Source of the DNA: Euprymna scolopes
Lineage: Eukaryota
Length of the DNA stretch: 64,000 nucleotides
NCBI GenBank assembly: GCA_053919585.1
Contig: CM132792.1
Reading direction: 5' to 3' (one strand)
Within the stretch, counting starts at the first letter, position 1, and the number at the start of each line of letters is the position of its first letter. The notes beneath the pieces were generated by a model that was given only the letters and a program-made list of their open reading frames with translations, was not told where the DNA came from and ran no database searches. Of this stretch, positions 24,696-37,642 are shown one piece after another. Both the position numbers and the translations under genes were made by a program.

Positions 24696-25556
24696 AAATA
24701 TGTGTGTAGTAATATATGGAAATTTGCGCATGCGTATGACTCTTTAAATACCTTCCTTTTTTTGTTGTTTTGCTTCCCGATCAAATTTAATAATATTTTG
24801 CAAACCTTTATCGTTTATAACATTTCACAAGAAAATAGGTTGTTAAGAATACATTCTTGCTTACAGGCGAAAGCAATTCGTTTTAGTCATTTATTCTTCG
24901 ATTTCTTTTGCAATAAAATAATAAACAAAGAATCGAGACAAAGGTAAAGATTAGAAAACGATTAAAGCAAATTATAGCTTCTTTCTCAAAAAAGGAGGAC
25001 AAATTCCAATTCAAGAAAATATCTATAACCATATTTCACAAACGCTTGACTATGAGCGGTCTTTATTTATTTATTTATTTATTTTGTTTTTGTTTTTTCT
25101 TTTTGTTCGTTTTTCAAAATAAATGAAACCGTGGCATTTTTGCCAAAATCGCTATTTTATTGGCTTAGGAAATTATTTGCGTCATTATCTCCTTAGAGCT
25201 TAGAGGGATACGAACATTTTAATCGGGAAATTATAGAGAGAATAAATCTAAATACAGAAAATGAAGAAAGAATTTGTTTTGAAATTAGTTTGCTGCCAAC
25301 CGTTTCTTGTTTGTGTCAGTTTGGGAAGACGACGTTTTTTGGCAAAATTGTTGTGCAATTATTCTTAAATTCAGCATTCTTCTATAAATCATCAGACACA
25401 GAAAATTGAACAAAATGTTCTGTAAGAAATACACGTAAAAGCCAACATATACATATATGTATATATTTTAACTTCCTTTAAATTAGACTAATAACTCAAT
25501 ACAGTTAACACACATTATCAAATATTATTACTATAATATTAATTATTATTATCGGA

Positions 25557-25845
25557 TACGGCATAATCACGTTGACACACCGGTTCCCGCTGGATCACCG
25601 AAGTTAAGCAACGTTGAGACTGGTAGTACTAAATGAGTAACAATTTGGGACTTCCAGGTGCTGTATGTGCTCTCGGTATTGTTTCCAGTCGTCCTGGTCT
25701 TCTCCTTGCCACTGGACCCAAACAGTGTCGATTCAGGAGAGGTGTGGTTGAGGATTGCGCAACCCTTGCCTCACAATTACACGCACAACTACCCCTACAG
25801 GGGTATCCTTTGTCTTTCGACACTGAACGGAGGCATCGATCGGTT
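25557..25845 (+). mobile_element. 5S rRNA-derived SINE (SINE3) with structured body
   Basis: 5S-like head 25557-25665; body homologous to 4930-5110; (TTA)n-like tail. Confidence 0.85.
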
Positions 25846-26527
25846 AATTATTATTATATTATTTTGTTATTTTTATTTTATTATTATATCGTTATCGTGA
25901 TATTATTATAAGTATTATTATATTTTAGTGGTATTATAATATTATGTTTTACTGATATTAAATTACTATCAATATGAATTACTAATGTACAAAATATAAT
26001 ATAATTATTTAAGAAATGTTCTTTGTTTTAAAGCCATTTTTATTCATACAATTGTTTCTTTCCACTTTCAAAACATACATAATAAATATAATTTAATATA
26101 AAATTTAATAATAATTGCAAGATGTTTATAACAAATTCAGCGTTTTCATCTAAGTAGAGTATAGAAACAACAAATAATTTCCATTGTTGAAAGACGTGTA
26201 GATTTAATTGTATATGTTTTTTTCTTTTTTCCTTTTTATGTTTTTTATAAAAAAATTTTTTATATAAAATAATCATTTTTTGTTAAAAAAAACTTTACTT
26301 TCTCAAGCAAGTAAAGTACTGAAACAAAAATAATTTTAACTTTTTTATATATATTTTTTTTTAATTAAATGATGTTAAAAAATGAGATGGAACTGATTAA
26401 ATAAAATCTTTTTTTTTAATAAACTTACAAGATTTAATTTGAAATTCATCAAATTTTCAAAGTGGATTTTATAAATTTTACTAAGTAAAATATAAAAATT
26501 GAATTTCAATTTAATCTAAAATTTGTA

Positions 26528-26720
26528 CAGCACACGCACCGGTTCTCGTTAAATCATCGACGTTAAGCAATGTTGCGTCAGGCCAGTACCAGATGGGCAA
26601 CCATTTGGGAAGGCGAGGCGCTGTAAGTACCTTCTTGGAACTCCTCGCTACAAAAGCATCTACAAACGTTGTGGGTCGGCTATGCTCTTCCAGGGGCTCA
26701 AGGCTATGACGGTGGTAATC
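26528..26720 (+). mobile_element. 5S-derived SINE with a different body
   Basis: CACCGGTTCTCGTTAAATCATCGACGTTAAGCAATG...CCATTTGGGAAGGCGAGGCGCTGTA. Confidence 0.7.
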
Positions 26721-26961
26721 TATTTATTTTGGATTTATTTTATCGTGTGTACATTTTGTTGCACCTTTTCAAGGTTTTGAGTGAAAATTATACATCTATA
26801 TCATTAATTACTAAATAATAGAATAATTAAAATTTTTAATGTGAAATCGGATTTTCGACTGTTTCATATTAAAAAGAGAGAGAAAGAGAGAGAGAGACAC
26901 ACACACACTCTCTCTCTCTCTCTCTCACACACACATATATTATTTATTAAAATATAATTAT

Positions 26962-27001
26962 CCACTGACACATGTTTCGTCGTCGACGACTCATCAGATG
27001 G
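26962..27001 (-). ncRNA. Minimal type I hammerhead motif
   Basis: Minus strand CCAT-CTGATGA-GTCGTCGACGAC-GAAA-CATGTG-TC-AGTGG; intact core, GUC triplet, bulged stem I. Confidence 0.65.
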
Positions 27002-27059
27002 CTGAATCTAGCGAGATTCGAAATCGAGATATATATGCTTGTTTAACAATCATTTTAAT

Positions 27060-28183
27060 ACAATGTGTTCTGATGACCTTATAGTACTTATGCCCTATCG
27101 AGGCGCATACTCTCCACCTAGCTTAACAAGCAGCAAAATCCCTCCTCTTCACTGTCGAAATCCTAGATGCAAAAGAAAGGCTTCTAATCTAATAGTTTCT
27201 TCCCTAGCACTGCGAGGATTTTGAAGTCCTTTTCATATTTCCTGCTTTTTTAATTGTATTGACATGCAGAAGTATAAATGTAAAAGGAAAAGACATATCG
27301 CTGCCCAACTCCCCACAGCATTCGGTTAGGCATAATCTTATATAGTAGCCCCTTACTTACAAGTGACAGTACGCCTTGTAATCAACGCTCTGATCCCCAT
27401 CTGGCATCAATTGAAATGAATATCTCTCGTCTTGGGGAGGCCTCATATTTTGACAAGCTTCTGGGCTTGATCTTTACTCCTGATCTGAAATGGAACACGT
27501 ACATCAAATCTGTTGCCACAGCCGCTGAAAAAATGGTGGGATCCTCCTATCGATCCAGTAGATATCTCACTGATGATGCAACTCTCTATCTTCATAAGAA
27601 CCAAGTACGTCCAAGGATGGAGTACTGTTGCCGCATCTGGGCAGGAGCTGCTAGAACGGACTTATCCTGTCTTGATAGAGTTCAAAATAGACTTCGTAGC
27701 CTTGTAGGGGATGTCCTTTTTCTTCCCTTCAACTCTATCTCACAGAAAAGATATAGCGAGTTTGTCTTTGCTTTATCGTTATTTTACTGGCAAGTGCTTG
27801 ATTGAGCTTCAATCTATGGTTCCCCCTCGCCAAACTTTCACAAGAAACACTCGTCTAGCTGAAAACACTATCAATAATTAACCCCCCCCCACTCTTTATC
27901 TGTGCCTAAACCTAAACGTAGATTCCATGAACAAAGCTTCTTTCTTAGAACTGCACGCCTGTGGAACTGTCTTCCGTTTTCCTGCTTTCCAGCTGACTAC
28001 AATATGGTTGTCTTCAAGTCCAATGTAAACAAGTTCTTGATAAGCTGTTCCCTTTAAGTTAATAAATTTACTGAATTTCCATGACTTACAATTACTATAT
28101 TGTCCAAATGACTACTGTACACTATGTAACTCTTATCCTCGAGTGGCCCCTGGACCTTGATAATCGGTGATTCCTATGTAAAT
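27060..28183 (+). mobile_element. Adjacent LINE family B 3' fragment (~27060-27380) and family A 3' fragment (~27383-28183)
   Basis: ORF 27416-27805 (LLGLIFTPDLKWNTYI...RPRMEYCC) is closely similar to 32310-32954. Confidence 0.9.
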
Positions 28184-28310
28184 AAAGAATTATACAAACA
28201 CCGATTAATTTCCAAGGGTTAGTTTGAGTAAATGAGGTTATGCCTATTTCTGTTACACGTCTACATAGTAGGGTCAACAAGATGTCAGATGTCATATTAA
28301 TTCAAAACAC

Positions 28311-28315
<5 letters not shown>

Positions 28316-28348
<33 letters not shown>

Positions 28349-30262
28349 CTGAGCATCTGTGTGTGTGTTTGTGTGTGTTTGTGTGTGGTCAGAATAGGCT
28401 CCTATATGGTTGACTATTAAAAAAAGACTGATTACATATAATGATAGAAGATGTATCGAGGATCAGGAATGGGCATGTTTGATCTGGCAGAACGATGTTC
28501 ATAAAAATTGTGGGGTCTGCGTTCGCGCCTGGCCCCTTAAGTATGGAAATAAAAAAATGAAAAAAAAAACATTTACAAGGGTTTTTGATATAGATGTACA
28601 TAAGAATACTTTGATAAGTATGTTTCAACTTAAATAAGGATGGTATAATAAAATTGTGGGGTCTGCGTTCGTGTCTTTACTCCATGGAAATATGGCACAA
28701 ACTTTAGCAAAGGCTTTTCATATCTATTTGCGTAAGTATACTTTGTTTTTCGCGCCTGACCTCCATAGAATGTAAATATGTCACAAAGTTTAACAAGGTT
28801 TTTTTTAAAGGTGTGAGGGTCACAATAACACCTTAACTTTAATCTTAATTCACGTTGGCTTTTATTTATTTTTTTTTAGTTGAATCATATTATGTCGAAT
28901 AAATTCACCTCATAAATTCACGTTCTTATTAAAGTGAAAGCCAAAAATAAAAGTCGGAACTTTAGACAATTCTCGACACAAATTTTGCATAACTCTATTT
29001 TTTTCTTCTCCACTTGCACGTGGCACGCTTTCTAAAATAGATAAATAGATAAATAATAAAAACAAGAACGTTACTTGTTATCGTGTCAAAAGAAGGAAAA
29101 TATCCTGCTTATGTGAGTACGTGTCTTTTTAAAAACATTTACATAAACTTTTTATTTTTATTTATATATATGTTCAAGCTTTTTTTGTCTGAGTACTAGA
29201 AGGAATTCAGTTGCTTAAAACCCTTTCTGCATGTTCTTTAGATTACAATAGTACAACCCTGAATCCGACCGCACAATACTACACTGTTCAATACTGTAAA
29301 ACTGAAACGAATCTGTTCTGTTTGAAACGGGCGCCATTTTCTTCTTATTCATATTTATATCGATTTTTTATCTTTAAAAAACTAAAGTAATTACGTGTTT
29401 AAATTTTTAATATCCCATTTTGCTGTTTCGGATTAATTTATAAAGTAAGTAAAGCTTTATTATTTTTCAAAACTGTTTTTTTTCTTTGTTTTTCGATATT
29501 TCGTCGATATTATTTCGTAAGAGTGTTTAGCAGAAAAGCCAACAAACGACTACCCGAAAAACTAAATATACAAGAAATAAATGTTACCATAGTCAATAAA
29601 AGTTCAGTTCATGATTTGTTTTGTTTTGAAATAATTTTCAATGCTCTTTACTTGAAATAATTTAAGCGAACCGAAATTAAAACGAAATTTGAGGCGATAA
29701 CAATTTAAATGAATTTTTATATAAACTACACATGCCATAATCGAATATTCCTCAAGCAGAAAATAACGGAAAACATTAAAATATGTTTATAAATATTCCT
29801 TACGTTGACGGAACTCTCTTAAATTGTTAACACAGAATACTCAGGTGCCCCTCCTTCAAATTGAAAACGGGGCTCTCGATTTCAAAGTTGCTGCCATTTT
29901 GATTTTTTAACGGGTTCGTGAATTAAAAAAAAACAACATTTTTTTACAAACTACTTAAAAATACAAACCAATGAACATTTCTACCATAAAAGTAACTTTT
30001 ATTGACTATGGTAACATTTATTGTATATTTATATTATTATATATAACATTTTCTCTTTGTAAGGAAACATCATTTTGTTGGTCACTCTTAGCTACGAATG
30101 GAAACAAAGTTGATATAAAAAAATATATATTGGCGAAAATTATCTTTACTTTCATCATATTTCGCTTAAGGTAAATTTTTTGAGCATCAAAACTTATCTC
30201 TTTACAACCCCCTCCTTTTCATAACCTATCATACTTTCATCAATCGCAGTCCATTTTGGTAG
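28316..30262 (+). mobile_element. Non-autonomous Helitron (family of 3941-4757) with a ~1.4-kb unrelated insert
   Basis: 28345-28800 and 30200-30255 align to 4030-4710; the 3' hairpin is lost. Confidence 0.65.
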
Positions 30263-30350
30263 TATATATATATATATCATATTAATTCCAAACACAATTA
30301 TAAATATAAATATATATATATATATATATCATATTAATTCAAAACACAAT

Positions 30351-30385
<35 letters not shown>

Positions 30386-30389
<4 letters not shown>

Positions 30390-31405
30390 CCACATACGAA
30401 TAAGGGTTAATGCATACCTTAAAAAAGTTTGATCATTTATTTAGATGGCGGCTCTTCAAGAACCTGTAAATGTTGAACGAAAGCGACAATGTTATAGTGA
30501 GCTGGGAAGTAGCACCATAGTATTGTGTTACACAGACAAACAGTTCTGAGAATGAAACTCGTTGAATTTTCGGTTACATTGAGGCACAGATAGAGAGTAA
30601 GGGACATTGCTGATAGTCGTAGCTAGGGAGAATCCCTAGAGTAAAGTTCAGTCCAGCACCTGCCACGAAAATAATGATAGAGCAGAGAGAGGTTGCAACA
30701 TGTCTTCTATGAAAAACCAGCAGAAAAGTGAAAATGACACCACCCACCAGATTTTAAAATCAGTTTTGTACCCTATCGAGTTAGGAGAGGATGCATTGAG
30801 CAACTCTCGTCCAGGTATGGCAACAATTCCAGATCATTAGTAAAGGTCATTCCAAGAAGATTGGCAAAAGATGGTGCTTCCTCAAGATGAGCGCCATCTA
30901 TTGGGGCCAGTTGAGGATCAGAGCGTTGATGATGGAAAGAGAGAAGCTTGGTTTAGATGCATTAAAATTAACCATCCACCTTTTTTCCCATTACACCACC
31001 TGTTCAAGGTCAGAAGAGGGAGAATCAGAAAGATCTTGGTATATATGGTAGTATCGTCTGCATAGATATCTTCGAATGATCTAAGAATGTGATTTGGGAG
31101 ATCATTGATGAAGATCAGGAAGAGAGTTGGGTCCAGGAGGGAACCATGGGTTATGTCAGCGTTGATATTAACATTATGATTTCTGACTCTTGATGACTAC
31201 TTTTATAAAACTATCAGCGAGAAATGTATTTAATAATTGAGAGGACACTTCGAGCTACTCCATAGCTGGAGATCTTGTGCAGTAGACGTTTACCATGGCT
31301 TATCAAAAGCCGTCGATATGTCAAGAGAAATTGCTGTAGAAATGAAGCGCCAGCCGAATAATTCAGTAACCCTGTGTGATATTACAATTAGGACATCAGC
31401 AGTAA
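30386..31405 (-). mobile_element. Old CR1/L2-group LINE (family C) RT fragment
   Basis: Minus-strand remnants ISLDISTAFDKPW, THGSLLDPTLFLIFINDLP and YADDTT. Confidence 0.8.
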
Positions 31406-31411
31406 CATACA

Positions 31412-33060
31412 AATATCCGTGCATGAGGTCGCCAAGCTAATCAAGAACCTAGATTCCAGTAAAGCAACTGGCCCTGATGGCATCCCAATTATAGTGTTAA
31501 AAAAGCTTCAACCAGAACTTGCTCCCATACTTACGAAACTATTTAAGCGCTGCCTTAAGGAGAAGTGCTTTCCGACTCCCTGAAAGACCTCATCAGTTTG
31601 CCCTGTATTTAAGAATTCAGGTGATAAGTCATCTCCCCCTCAGTACAGACCAATAAGTCTCCTGTGTGTTATGAGTAAGTTGCTGGAATCCATATTAAAT
31701 AGAGAAATAGTCAACCACCTCAGCAGAAATAACCTTCTTAGTGACACACAATATGGTTTCCGCTCTGCAAGATCTACCGCAGATGTGCTGACGGTTATAT
31801 CCCACGGGATTAGTGAATCTCTTGACAAAGGCTTCCTTTCTAGGGCAATTGCTCTTGACATATCAAAGGCCTTCGACAGGGTATGGCATAAGGGTCTACT
31901 TCACAAGATTTCCAGCTACGGTATAACTGGAAATGTTTTCTCAATCATTAAATCATTTCTCTCCGATAGGCTCATAAGAGTAGTGGTAGATGGACAAAAA
32001 TCGGAGGCCTGCAATATAAATACTGGAGTCCCTCAGGGATCAATCCTGGGCCCAACTCTCTTCCTGATCTACATCAATGATCTCCCTAAACACATACTTA
32101 AATCATTCGTTGACATCTATGCTGATGACACGACCATCTACGGCAACACATCAAAGGCTGTAAATGACAAAGTTCTCTCTGAGTCTCTCTCCTCTGATCT
32201 CGAGCGTATGGTTCAGTGGGGGAAGATGTGGCTGGTTACCTTTAATGCATCCTAAACCAAACTCCTATCCTTACATCATCAACGCTCTGATCCCCATCTG
32301 GCATCAATTGTGATGGATGGCTCTCGTCTGGGTGAGGCCCCGTGTTTTTACAAGCTTCTGGGTTTGTCCTTTACTCCTGATCTGAAATGGAACATGTACA
32401 TCAAGTCTGTTGCCAAGGTCGCTGGAAAGATGGTGGGATACTTCTACCGCTCCAGAAGATATCTCACTACTGATGCAATTCTCTATCTATATAAAAGCCA
32501 AGTACGTCCAAGGATGGAATACTGTTGCCATATCTGGGCAGGAACTGCTAAAAACAGCCTTTCCTGCCTTGACAGAGTACAAAATAGACTTCGTGGCTTA
32601 GTGGGGGATGCCCTTTTCTCTACCCTGCAACCTCTCTTCCACAGAAGAGACGTTGCGAGCCTATCCTTGTTTTATCGTTATTTCCATGGCAGGTGCTCGT
32701 CTGAACTCAAATTTCTGGTCCCCCCTCGCCAATCGTTCACGAAAAACACCCGTCTAGCTGAATCCACTGTGAAAAACTTCCTCCACTCTATATCTGTGCC
32801 TAAATCAAAACGCGGATTCCATGAACAAAGCTTCTTTCTTAGAACTGCACGCCTGTGGAACTCTGTTCCGTCTGCCTGCTTCCCACTGGACTACAACTTG
32901 GATGTCTTCAAGTCCAATGTTAACAAATTCCTAATGAACTGCCCCCTTAAGTAAACACTTCATCAAATCTCCACACTAACGTAATGTACTTGCAATAACC
33001 CTTATCCCTGAGTGGCTTCCGGGCCTTGATATGTGGTGATCACTGTGTAAAAAAATAAAA
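31412..33060 (+). mobile_element. 5'-truncated young CR1/L2-group LINE (family A), RT domain to poly(A)
   Basis: KATGPDGIP, YRPISLL, QYGFRSARST, LDISKAFDRVWH, GVPQGSILGP and YADD in one frame broken by only two stops (31581, 32253). Confidence 0.95.
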
Positions 33061-33284
33061 TCTAGCAGGACGAAAGCCACCTTGCATGTCATCAAGTAGG
33101 TTATTTTTGCTAAGCTGTTCTCTATCTTCTTCTTTATTTATCACAGATTTCAGCAACTCACTCGTGATAAACACACGACTGATTGGTCTGTATTGAAACG
33201 CAGCTGACCGATGGTCAGAGTTTTAAATACAGAGCAGACTGATGAAGTTTTAAGACCACGTTTAACGGCTTTGTAAATATGAGA

Positions 33285-33327
<43 letters not shown>

Positions 33328-33498
33328 AGTGTGTGTGTGCGCGCGTACGTGCGTGTGTTTTAACTAGCAAAAAGAACATAAGCCTAAAATATATATATAT
33401 ACATATATATTAACTAGCAAAAAGAACATAAGCCTAATATATATATATATATATATACAGAGATGTCTCGTGTCGCGGGGTTCGAATCGTTCGACTGG

Positions 33499-33572
33499 TA
33501 GTAATTGTGACACCCTGCACTGAAGAATCCCGAAGGGATGAAACACTAGTGTCTGTAGGTATTTAATTATTA
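33499..33572 (+). ncRNA. Type I hammerhead ribozyme
   Basis: Stem I CCTGCA/TGTAGG; CTGAAGA (33520-33526); stem II ATCCC/GGGAT; GAAA; palindromic stem III ACACTAGTGT; GUC (cut after 33553); distal stem I TAGTAATTG/TAATTATTA. Confidence 0.92.
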
Positions 33573-33841
33573 TAGTAAAAAAATAATTATGACAGCCCCT
33601 TTAAGAAATACGTTTCTTATAGTTGAGCACTTTCTGTTGAATAAAAGTCGGTCAATTTAGCTCTTATGCGTAGATCGTCGTATAACGACTTGATCACTGT
33701 CTGTCTGACGTAATGAACATTTAAATTAAAATGTTTAAAATTCAACGCTATTTCACACGATTAATGGTAGCCGAATGGATACGGTCTCCGCTAATCGAGC
33801 CAGAGATGTCTCGTGTCGCGGGGTTCGAATCGTTTGACTGG

Positions 33842-33915
33842 TAGTAATTGTGACACCCTGCACTGAAGAATCCCGAAAGGATGAAACACTAGTGTCTGTA
33901 GGTATTTAATTATTA
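33842..33915 (+). ncRNA. Type I hammerhead ribozyme
   Basis: As above; CTGAAGA 33863-33869, stem II ATCC/GGAT, cut after 33896. Confidence 0.92.
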
Positions 33916-35516
33916 TAGTAAAAAAAAATAATTATATATATATACATATATATATATATAATATATATATTATACATAATATAATATATATATATATATA
34001 TATATATACTAAACTAATCTTGACTCGGTAGGTCAGTATATACTAACGCTATCTATGGAATAGTGAGTATATGGAATTAATGTATAGGCGTGATACTCGT
34101 TATGGAATAAAAATATTTGAAAAAAATTACGTGAATGAACCAAGAATATATATATTTGTTACATAGTAGAAACACTTTAGCGAAAGTATATTAAAATGAT
34201 AAAATAGATAGATAAATTTCTATGTGTCGTTGCAACAGTAAAACAGAAAAATTATTAATTGGCGAATGTTTTATCGTTTTAAGGTGCAGCGAACTACGTA
34301 TTATGGTATCCGTTCGATACATAGTAAGGAATTAAAACAGATTGGTCAGCACAATACCACATTATTCTATAAGTATGGCATAAAACACTTATCATAAGTA
34401 AATGGTTATAACTATTGCTTGTTTTTAACATGACAAAGAGTCTAATGTTTCTATGATATTCAAAGTATTGAAAATATTTTCAAGTAATTGCAATGTTTTT
34501 AAACTGCTAATTACAGAATAAAAATAAAATATATTTTAAAATAGTCTAAGTCGTACAAAACCTAAAGTAAATACGTATGGAAATAACGGCTAGTGCGTTT
34601 GGTCACAGTTACTATGAGAAATTCACTCTAAATTATAAACGAGACTGAAAATAGAATTTACCAACTTAATGGTTTTAATTTCTTCCTTTTTTTCTCAAAA
34701 ATGCGATGAGATGTCACTGTATTGTTTATAATAGCAATCAATTATTGCACTATTTTTTGTTGTGTTCCATTTATTAAACAAGATAGAAGTTATTGTGTGT
34801 TGATAGTTAAGCAATGTTTTTTTTTATATTGGAAAAGAATACAAAACCTTTCTGAATAATTATAATTGTCATAAATTACAAAACGTTGTCAGCAAAACAT
34901 ATTATTAACATAATAAAAGATGTCGAAAGGACAAGAAAAAAACAATTTTATCATATTCGTCATTTTAATGAAAAATAAACCTAAAAATAAAAAGGAGATT
35001 TTCATATTCAGTTGAAACAATAGATGAAATATTCGTGTTATCATTACAAAAAAATATTTTTTATCACGTACATCAATATGTTGGATAAATAAATTAAAAA
35101 GGAAAACATGTAAATTGATGAAGTCGTTTTATTTTGCTTTTGCACATGAGAAAAACATATTTGTTTTCTTTGCAAACGATTCAAATTTGCAATGAAAATA
35201 CGAATAAAAATCTTTTTAAACAATTTGGAACGCCAAAAACGTACAATGTTTGTTTTTTTATTGTATTCGGTTTTATTTATATATGTATATTCGTTTTAGA
35301 AATCTTTACAAATATAATGTAGAAATGTAAAGAAAAGGTGATATACGAAAAGCAATGATTCGAAAAATGGCGATGTAAAAAAAAGAAAATTGCAATTATG
35401 GTTTGGGTTTATTTTTTGGGGGACGAGAAATATTAGAAATATTTGCATACGCAAATGTCTGAAAGCGGGAGTTTGAAATCGGAAACACGGTTTCATCGAC
35501 CGGACAAATTTATCTA

Positions 35517-35577
<61 letters not shown>

Positions 35578-35579
<2 letters not shown>

Positions 35580-36900
35580 ACGGTATAATATCCACGACCA
35601 CCGCCCAAACCAGGCATATCACCCTACCAAAGCGATACATAAATGCATTATCACACATAGCTAACGACCATAATATTATCGTCTCAACTGCTGACAAAGG
35701 TGGGGGGATTGTAATAATGGCAACAACTGAATACAAAGATAAAATATTTCAACTATTACAAGATAAAAACACATATGAAAAAACTACCTCCGAAATAATA
35801 CATAAAGAAATTGACAAATTTAACAAATCTTACAAGAAATTAATACATAATGATAAAATATGGACTACCTATATAGAATATCATCCTAAAATCCCGACCT
35901 TATATGGTTTACCCAAACACACATAAAAATAACAATCCAATACGCCCAATCATCTCTGGCATTGGCAGTGCCACCCATAAGATAGCAAGAGCCATCAAAA
36001 AACTCCTAACGCCATTATTGGGCACAATTAGCAATTCCGATATAAGAAACTCTGGCGACCTTCTTAATAAGATAAAAAAACATAGATATGAAAAATAAAA
36101 CCATGAATAGTCTCGATATAGAATTTTTATACACCAATATCCCTACCAAGAAATGCCTCAACCTTCTTTCAAAACACTTAAACAAAATAAAAATTACATT
36201 ACCTTTGCCGATAGATAATATAATTAAAATTATAAGTATATGCATTGACATGACATATTTCATATTCGATGGACTCTGCTACAAACGAAAATTTGGACTG
36301 CCCTCTAAGTGGGGTTTTGGCATGTCTATTTTTAGAATGATTACTATATTGTCCAATGTCTACTGTACACTCTTTAACCCTTATCCTTGAGTGGCCTCTT
36401 CGCCTTGATGAGTGGTGATGCCTATGTAAAAAAAAAAGAATTCATAGAAACCGGACCCATGAAATATAAATTGCCCAAGGGCACTTCCTACTATAGATAT
36501 ATTGATGATATTTTAATTTTTCTCCCTATATCTTCCAAAATAGAGAATATCACTGATAAATTAAACAAGATCGAACCCACTATTAACTATACGCATGAAA
36601 GAGAAAATAACAACTCCATACCTTTTCTGGACATCAATATCATAAATAACAATAATCATCTAAGTTTTAATGTCCATCGGAAAGTAACGAATAAAAATGA
36701 TTACATACACTTTTACTCTCATCACGATGATAAAGTAAAAAGAGGTATTCTAATAGGATTTTTCTTAAGGCCCTGAGAATATGCAGTGAAGAATACATCG
36801 TGGAAGAATTCGAGTATATCGAGCGTACATTCATGAACTTGCGATACCCTCAACATTTTTTGGCAAATACAAAAAGAAAAGCACTGAAAATTATATATTG
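35578..36900 (+). mobile_element. Penelope-like element RT region (frameshifted), interrupted by a LINE-A tail at ~36339-36437
   Basis: ADKGGGIVIM, PTLYGLPKTHK..PIRPIIS, SLDIEFLYTNIP, YYRYIDD, IPFLD and YIHFYSHH. Confidence 0.92.
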
Positions 36901-37361
36901 TAACATGACGTTTTATCTTAAAGTTTCGATATTGAAAATAGCAAAATGATTATATTAGATTTAATTTGGATTCACTCAAGTTTTTTTACATATTTCTTTG
37001 AATCAATTCATCATAGGTTGAAATATGATTTTCATCGCGAAACGAACAGATTGAAAAGATGTAAAGAATTTATCTGTTTATATTTTTCCTATTCTGTGCT
37101 TAATAGGTTCCCTTCTAAAATAACACCCATTTGCAATAAACGTTACAGATAGTGACGGAATTGATGCAGGCTACAAAATTACTCAATGTTTATTCCTACC
37201 GTAAATGTACTTACCGAATCGAATATATCCTACAGCATTTTGGGAAGTATTTTTTTACCGTCCGCGAATCAAGTTTAAAAAGTAAATGAAAGGGCAATGC
37301 ATGCAAAATAGAGAAACATCTTACGGTAAAGATTTTTTTTTATTTTTTAACGCCGTTCATC

Positions 37362-37642
37362 TTACTTCCGGTTCGACGATATATTGCAAGTAGGCAAGCA
37401 AAAACCGGAAGTAATTGAAAACAGTGAATTTTCATTGATGCAAGATGCCTACTACCGCCATTTTCAATAGAGGAAACGTTTCGGCGTGAGGGATGGGACG
37501 GAAGTAAGTGGATCGGAAGTGAATCCTTACTCTAAAAGCCAAAGGAGCAATGCAATAAAAATGACTATATTTAAGCAAAGCTAATGCAAAAGGAAGCCGG
37601 TCGCTAGAAATAAGAAAGAATTGACCCATAAGAAAGATGGCG
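37362..37642. promoter_or_regulatory. Cluster of ETS/GABP-like and YY1-like motifs (candidate promoter)
   Basis: CGGAAGT or its complement four times (37364, 37406, 37499, 37514); CCGCCATTTT (37455) and AAGATGGCG (37634). Confidence 0.35.

Larger units (their letters stand above)
33458..33935 (+). mobile_element. tRNA-headed hammerhead element, ~1.4 tandem units, 343-bp period
   Basis: 33458-33590 is nearly identical to 33801-33935. A box TAGCCGAATGG (33768-33778), B box GGTTCGAATC (33822-33831); flanked by (TA)n on both sides. Confidence 0.88.

Noticed and set aside
33232-33270. CTGATGAAGTTTTAAGAC hammerhead candidate
   Set aside because: The GAAA half is absent and stem I is unsupported.
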